A DNA stretch of 64,000 nucleotides, taken from the NCBI GenBank assembly GCA_905178155.1, contig CAJINV010000012.1, positions 3,086,802 through 3,150,801 of the forward strand, given 5' to 3'. Source of the DNA: Amoebophrya sp. A120. Taxonomy: Eukaryota; Protista; Dinoflagellata. Position numbers and translations under genes: made by a program. This document shows positions 57,901-64,000 of this stretch, one piece after another. Below the pieces are notes generated by a model. It made no database searches. It saw nothing but the letters and a program-made list of their open reading frames with translations, and was not told the origin of the DNA. Numbering within the stretch: position 1 is the stretch's first letter; each line of letters starts with the position of its first letter.

Positions 57901-60019
57901 AACAGCATCAACAAGCCCTGGATCATGTATCCCAGAGAAAAAAGCAGGCAGGTCACATTTGTAATGCAAAAATGTATTACAAATGTCATGTGAGCTGCTT
58001 CCTTTTTTCTGTGTGATATCATGCTGGCATCGGCCAGAACGAACCGGACGAAATATTACAATGAAAAATGCCCCCTCCCCATATCAAAACGGAAATCTGT
58101 GATGCAGATTTGTGGCGACAAATCAGCTTTGTGATGCTAGAAGGCAAAAGATGCGGACTGTAGGGCTGCCTAGCGTGGGAAAGCCTTGCAGCTCCAAGAT
58201 GACAGGAGGCAACTGGAAGTGGGAAACAGCATGACAGATTACCTGCAATTTAGGCCGCAGCTTCGTCACTTGGCCTTCTAGCAATACAAGTCGATTTGTG
58301 TACTCAAATACAGCGTCACAAATTCGCGCATCTTCCGTTTCCGATATGGGTTGGGGGCTTTTTTCACTTTGATACGAAAGGGAGTTGATTGTGGAACAGA
58401 TCAAGCAGACGCGGCAGCATTTCTGGAATAGCTATGCGTTGCAAATATGTCTGGGTCTGGAAGAGTTCGAATTTGTGATGCGAAGTCTACATCATGACAA
58501 AATCTGTCATGCATGGCTAGCAAAAGGCCCCAGTTCTTGTTACCGAAAGAGGGGATTTGCCATGCGGATTAAGCATAATTGGGACACCTGGCCATTAAAA
58601 TCTGTGATGCTAGAGCTTGCATGCCAGACGATCTGGATCAGGCAAAAACTGCATCACAGATCTCACATTCTTCCAGACCCAGACATATTTGCATTTGATA
58701 ACAGCAGGCCGGGAACCAGTAGCTCCTCCCGATCCGGGGGGACTACTAAGAACGGGTTAGTACATCAACTACCGGGAACCTCGCACGGGGCTCCTGCTCT
58801 AGTATCCTCCGTCTTGCCGGTGTCCTACCGCCCGTACACCACCGCGAGCAACCCAGTTTTTGGTGCGGGATCATCTTCGAGCGCTAGTTCTTCGTCCAGT
58901 TCTTACCATCTCCACTCGTACTACCACAGCCGTCCGCCGACGAGCACGTCCAGCTACAGTGCGTCACTTTTGGACCAGCAGGCGAGCAGTATGGAGCAAA
59001 GGACCGGGTTGTCGTCCGCCATGACAAGCTCGACGAGCGCGACCACCTCGGATCTGATATCGTGTTTAAAAACGTCCGCACCCCAGGCGCAAGATGGGAA
59101 ATCTGCTACACAAATCCCCAAGCTTTGGCTGTTGCGCATGACAAGTTCCTTGGGATAATCCTGTCAAGCTTCAGCTAGTTCACCAGCATCACAGACATGA
59201 CAAATTCCTAAACACGAATAGAAACTGCTTTTCATGGGGCTCCGCATTAGAAACCTTTTCAGCATGCAGCTTTGCATTACAAGCATGGGATGGGGACGTT
59301 TTTACATAGGATATCTGACCAGCAATACGGACGACGTGTTTGCGGGGACAAACCCGCTGAAGGCGATCCGGCAGCGGCGGAAGAACTTGGGGATGAAAGA
59401 GCACCACACCGGCTCGGAATCCATACACCACCTGCTGCAGAAATTTCAGAGCTACCTGCAGCCAAGCTGCCTGGGGGAAAGCGAGTTGCAGAAGAGGAAG
59501 AAGGTACGTAGTACTTAGGGTTGTTGCAGATCATGTGGCAGCGCATTAGTTTTGTTGATTTTTATCAGAAGTACCAAGAAAGAGATCACGCACGAGAGGG
59601 CAAAGCCAATCGGTGAAGCCTTAAGGTTGTGCAGTGGTGTATGCAAATTAACTACTTCATATGATAATATAATCGGCGTGAGAGAGTGAAACTGAAAATT
59701 TTGATTCATCAAACCTCCTGAGGCCTTTGAAGAAGCGGGCGGCTTGCGACCGCAGACGGCGGACGTGAGGATAAGTGCGAAGCCGGGTAGTTTGAACAGC
59801 TTCGACGACAATAGTCCAAATCGAAGTGGGATGAAAAGCAGGGGCAGCTCTGGGAACCACTATCAGCCTTCGTTTGTCGGTGGGCCGCAGTCCTCCACTT
59901 CGACCCTCCGCAACAACAAACCCTCGCCGATCAAGGAAAATTCCGCGAATTTGGAGCTGAGTTTGGAAGACCGCCCCACCGCGGTCACCACGCGAGGCGA
60001 AGTTCTTACATTAGACTGA
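54949..60019 (+). CDS. LRRC56: Leucine-rich repeat protein LRRC56/ODA8-like (flagellar dynein arm assembly); 5' end may extend upstream of 54573
   Basis: IGENLPNLVSLKLNGS, IRELG, LWLNRAGLRDLDG, LEELYISFNEV, LQVLDLEGNQVSDL, CPKLTELTLEDNPIC match the LRRC56 pattern as I recall it. Confidence 0.8.
55017..55339. mobile_element. Introner, family C
   Basis: TIR; DR CGGCA. Confidence 0.92.
56255..56511. mobile_element. Introner, family G
   Basis: TIR; DR TTCCG/CCCCG. Confidence 0.85.
57126..57392. mobile_element. Introner, family A
   Basis: TIR; DR AGAAG/GGAAG. Confidence 0.85.
57455..57751. mobile_element. Introner, family A (diverged)
   Basis: TIR; DR AACTG/AACCA. Confidence 0.8.
57928..58018. 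mobile_element. Minimal 91-bp introner, family J-like
   Basis: TATCCCAGAGAAAAAAG / CTTTTTTCTGTGTGATA; DR TCATG. Confidence 0.85.
58054..58374. mobile_element. Introner, family C subfamily
   Basis: TIR; DR CGAAA. Confidence 0.92.
58433..58700. mobile_element. Introner, family A
   Basis: TIR; DR ATAGC/ACAGC. Confidence 0.9.
59058..59313. mobile_element. Introner, family B
   Basis: TIR; DR TCTGA. Confidence 0.88.
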
Positions 60020-61852
60020 GTCAATTGTTGTCAAAATCAAAACCGCCTTTGGTATTTGTTGTAACCAGTCGATTTTTTAAGTTTAAACTCCGTATCTATT
60101 GATTAAAGCGGTACTAGAAATAAACTCGAGGTCCACGCAAAGTCGGACAAAATCCTTTCAGTTTTGACTTTTTGACGCAAGAACTCTTTGTACTTGTTTT
60201 CTACCGGAAGATGTTGTAACGCGGACACGTATGATCGCAGAACTTTTTTACAGTAGAACTAAATAAAACTCCTTGTCGCGCGGCCGGGAAATTCCGACTC
60301 GGCTGCTTCTGACTGGCTTGAGGCGAAACAAGGCTGAGCAGCGACAAGAGAAGCGAATTGTTCAAGCTCCACGCGGCTGCGCTTGGTAGTTGGTATTGCT
60401 TTCTCGTTACCAGGGCGAGACGAGAGTAAGCGAGTCAGTAGCTTTTGATCAAGAGAAGGGTAGAGATCACGGTTGTCAGGCGAGAGGAAGTGGGTGTGAG
60501 AAGAGCATGAGACAGAGAGAGTCAATACCTATTGTTTGATGATGTAAGCGTATGCACAACGGGTTTTTTCCGAACTGGCGCGGCGACGAAATCCGAGCAC
60601 AGGCAGCGGCGATGCTTTGCGCTTCGTGTCCTTACTAGCGTCGCTCTTGCGCTAGGAAGGGGCCCCCGTGGGGAGGAGGGCGCACGGGTTGCGAGCCACC
60701 GGAGAGGGGCGGGGCGGTCTCGACGATAGCCCGTTCGCCGTGCGCGGTTTTTGCTCGAGGCGCGCAACAACGACGGCCCGCGCCAGAGTACTTGCTTCCG
60801 CAAGCTAACGAAGACGCCAGGACGCGCAGCAGTTCCCTGCAGTCGCGCGCGCGCCTTGCGGAGGCGGCCGCCCGCAAGCGTGCCGATCCTGAGGACCCGC
60901 GCGCCCGCCCCGGCCCACACGATAGGCGCCGGCCCAGCTAGCCGCGTGGCTGGCCGCCGGTTCGCTCGCAGCCCAGCGCGGCGCTGGGCATGCAGGTCTT
61001 TTGCCGCCCTCTGCAGTGCAAATACAAACATAGCGGCGCGCCTGCGCGCGTGGTTCTTGCGGCTGGCGTCCCGGCGTTGATGTGCGTCGTCCCGCGCCAG
61101 ACCCTTCATAAATTCGGCCGCCGCTTTACGGCGCGTCCCGTCTTTTCGGTGTGCGGCCTTGCCGTCCTGCGGGACGGCTCATTCAGATGAATACCATTGT
61201 CATCACTCGCGCCTGCATCCGTGCAGAGGCACACAGACACGCGGATTCAAAAAGGACGTGGACTGTTCCGTTCGGAAGTGGCTGAGTGAAGATCTTGAGA
61301 TGCGGGCGAGGCTGACAGAGTTAGTTTGCCGAAGATGTTGAGAGAGGAAGTCGCTTGGTTCTGCAGCGGCAAGTGAAATTTAGAGGCCACGTCTTATCTT
61401 TGGAGAGCGGATTTTTGTCGCATGAAGCCGAGTCGGAATTTATCTCGCACAGTGAGAGAGAAATCGCTTCTTGTTGTATCTCCGTAAAACAACTCAAGGG
61501 AGGTACTCTCGCACGCAGTCATAGCGATTATAGCTTGCGACTGATTCACATTCATTCTCTATACAGCACGTCGGCTTCTCCGCTAACATGAGTCTCTACT
61601 ATGTCAACTTGACACCACCTCTTGCCTTCCGCGTGCACAAGGTGCTAGGACCACTCGTACCACCAGCCATCGCCCAGAATGAAATGTGAATAAAAACACC
61701 AGCAGCATCACCGGCCTTGCAGAAACAAGAACACGCGACCACTGCCATTTTACTTAACCTCCGCGACGCAGTGCTAGAAAAACTACTACCTTCAGCATCA
61801 CGATCACCTGCTATTATCTACAACTCCCGCGGCCCGTACGGCTGGCGCGACC

Positions 61853-64000
61853 ATGTCGTCCGCGGACTCGCAGGAGGTCCCTCCCGACGCGTTGAAGTCG
61901 CGGAAAAAGTCCTTTCGCATGATTCTGGACGACCACATCGCAGAGCGGGATTGGGACAGCTTGAGCATTCTTCACGACCTGGCGAAGGAGGACGAAGCGA
62001 CAGGAGACGGAGAAGCGAATGCAGCGACGACCGGAGGTGGCCACGTCGACGACGATTCTCCCATCGCGAAGGCCGCAAACGCGAATCTCGAGCGGCTGCA
62101 GATCCTCGCTGAAACGGCACATCATGCGGAAAGCGGTTCCTCCGGGCCCGGCACGCCGCGCGGGGAGGGGGAGAGCGCGGCCAACAAGAAGGGCCGTAGC
62201 GTCGAGGTGATATCTTCCTCCGAAGACGAAAGGGAGGAGCGAGAAGAAATGAACTCGAATATCCTGAACAAAAACGTCCCCACCCCAGAGTTGCCATGCA
62301 GATTTGCAATCGCAGGAGCACTCGTAATGCGCATCCCCATGAGAGGCATTTTTCAGTCGTGTTGTGGCATTTGTCATGCTGTAAACACGATAGCGAGATG
62401 GATTTGTGATGCGGCTATCATTGCTAACCTGAACCCCAATACAGCGCAATACCTGTCATGCGTGAGGCCCAAAACTTTTGGATTTGTGTTGCAGACTTCC
62501 CATCTTGACCACGGGGTGGGGACGTTTTTACGCAGGATATCGCAGCTGAAATCGAACGCGCAGGCCCTCCACAACTTGCAGGAAGAGCTGGAGGAGCAGC
62601 TGCAGCAACACAAAGGGAAAGAAGATGGCGAAAATTATTTGTCCACGTCTCTGAACAAGCAGGCGCGGGAAGAGCTGGCGCACACGAGAAGAGACCAGTC
62701 GCTCATTGCTGGGCGGAAGGGGGAGATCGCGGCCGACCCAGCCGAGCTGATGTTTTTGATAGAAAGACGGTTCAAACGCGCCGTTCCCCTAGCAGCGGAT
62801 AGTGAATTGAAGCAGTTTCCGGTCATAGAGAAGATCATGAACACGCGGGAATGGATTTTGCAAACCCGGAAATTCGAGCGACTGGAAGCGGAGTACGCAA
62901 AATTGAGGCAGCCGTCCGCAAAACTCCAGTTTCTGAAATTACAGCGGGCGAAAGCGTATACTTTGTTTCAGTACAACGTTTTATTTGGGATTATATTTTG
63001 TCAAAAAGTAGTAGACATTGCGTGGAGGTGTTCCTGCATGACTGAAGACGGCACAATTTCGAATACAGTAGATGACGGTAAGTAGAAAATGACAATTTCA
63101 AAGGGAAGATAAAGCAAAATTGTCAGGCTTCGCAAACTCGAGAAACACTGCGACATCTACACCCGGTGCACGATGGCCGAGGGACAGGGGTACAAAGAAG
63201 TGCTTTCGCACTTGATACCATTAGCAGAGTCCAAGCCAGAAGCCAGGAAAATTCTCGAGAGGCAGCAATACATCCGCGCGGAGGCTGCGGTACATTATAC
63301 CATTTTGCGTTTTAGTTCCTATCATGCGCGATTCATTATCCATCATCATTCTTTTATTTTGTCATGCGCGAAAAGTCGCATAATGTGCATCTGTACTATA
63401 ATCCGATCCCACAGCGAATCCGCGAGGTATCCTTTGCAAAAGTAAGTATCGTACTTACTCGTATTGCAATCATGCATTGCAGTTCTTTTTCTCGAGGTAA
63501 ATCCGCATTACAAATTTTGTTTTTCATGCTTAATGCATTCATACGAGTAGGAAAACGATGCTTTTGCATTTCATAAGAGGAGCAGCCGCACAATTTGTAC
63601 GCGACGTTGCGGCAAATCTACCCCGTGGAAGATTGGGTGTTACGCGCGATCATGTCCTCTATTCAGAAGGAGGTGGAGTGGAACCGGGTGGCGGAACTTA
63701 TCCTGTGCAAAAGTATCACACTCGTATAAATGCAAGTCTTGCATTAGAAACAAGGTCCGAGCACGGGGGCTGGGGCCCCCGTGCAGAGACCTTGCATCTT
63801 TGGAGGGCATTGGGCGGTCGGAGCAGTTTCCGAGGCCGGGCGGGCTTGCTCCTCGCGACATTCGAACGCAACCACAACGGGGACGCGCGTCGCGAAGTAG
63901 AGGAATGGCCAGTGCCGCGCCATCCCCAGCGGGCTACCACATAGGGCGCCCCGATGGGCGCCCGAGGGGTGGCGCGTTCGCTTCCACTTGCAGGACTCCG
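61853..64000 (+). CDS. Hypothetical coiled-coil protein, continues beyond window
   Basis: ORF 61853-63085 (includes one read-through introner) plus downstream exons YKEVLSHLIPLAESKPEARKILERQQYIRAEAA and QKEVEWNRVAEL. Confidence 0.65.
62260..62539. mobile_element. Introner, family B
   Basis: TIR; DR TCGAA/TCGCA. Confidence 0.9.
63428..63575. mobile_element. Introner, family E
   Basis: TIR; DR CGAGG/AGAGG. Confidence 0.85.
63699..64000. mobile_element. Left end of a long family E element, running off the window
   Basis: Starts TATCCTGTGCAAAAGTATCACACTCGTAT; no right TIR within 300 bp; shares AAACAAGGTCCGAGCACGGGG with about 31110-31130. Confidence 0.75.

Noticed and set aside
3062-59313. Many ORFs with recurring peptides (MSGSGR, FQTQTFLHLI, PDPDIFAFD, KNVPTP, KIPPP) as a protein family
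   Set aside because: They are translations of introner TIRs in various frames and strands
2112-60019. Stop-codon reassignment in host genes
   Set aside because: Reconstructed exons need no read-through; apparent internal stops disappear on introner removal
1-64000. tRNA, rRNA or group I/II intron
   Set aside because: No cloverleaf, rRNA-like block or catalytic-intron core recognised by eye; a covariance-model scan would be needed to exclude them

Overview
Eukaryotic nuclear DNA carrying about 13 protein-coding genes, all on the + strand. They include a voltage-gated K+ channel, a Dispatched/Patched-like transporter, a gamma-glutamylcyclotransferase, an FkbM methyltransferase, ubiquilin/Dsk2, LRRC56, an RIIa/DPY-30-like docking-domain protein and a tandem pair of intronless putative PD-(D/E)xK-fold proteins. 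The genes are broken by about 80 transposon-like introns (introners) from about 9 families, grouped by eye. Nearly all have terminal inverted repeats (TIRs) beginning TAT and ending ATA, sit between 5-bp direct repeats (DR), share an internal TGT(C/G)ATGC motif, and mostly lack GT-AG. Removing element+5 nt restored the reading frame at the coding junctions I spliced by hand. This matches the non-canonical introner elements described in the syndinean parasite Amoebophrya (strain A120-like); the organism call is inference. Less expected: a splice register fixed by stop codons in diverged DRs, twin introners with zero-length exons, introners turning into GT-AG introns, 1.7-1.9 kb long family members, a hairpin tandem array inside one, and a retroposon-like insert nested in another. 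Most short ORFs in the supplied track are artefacts of these repeats. Exon structures are manual reconstructions without RNA data.
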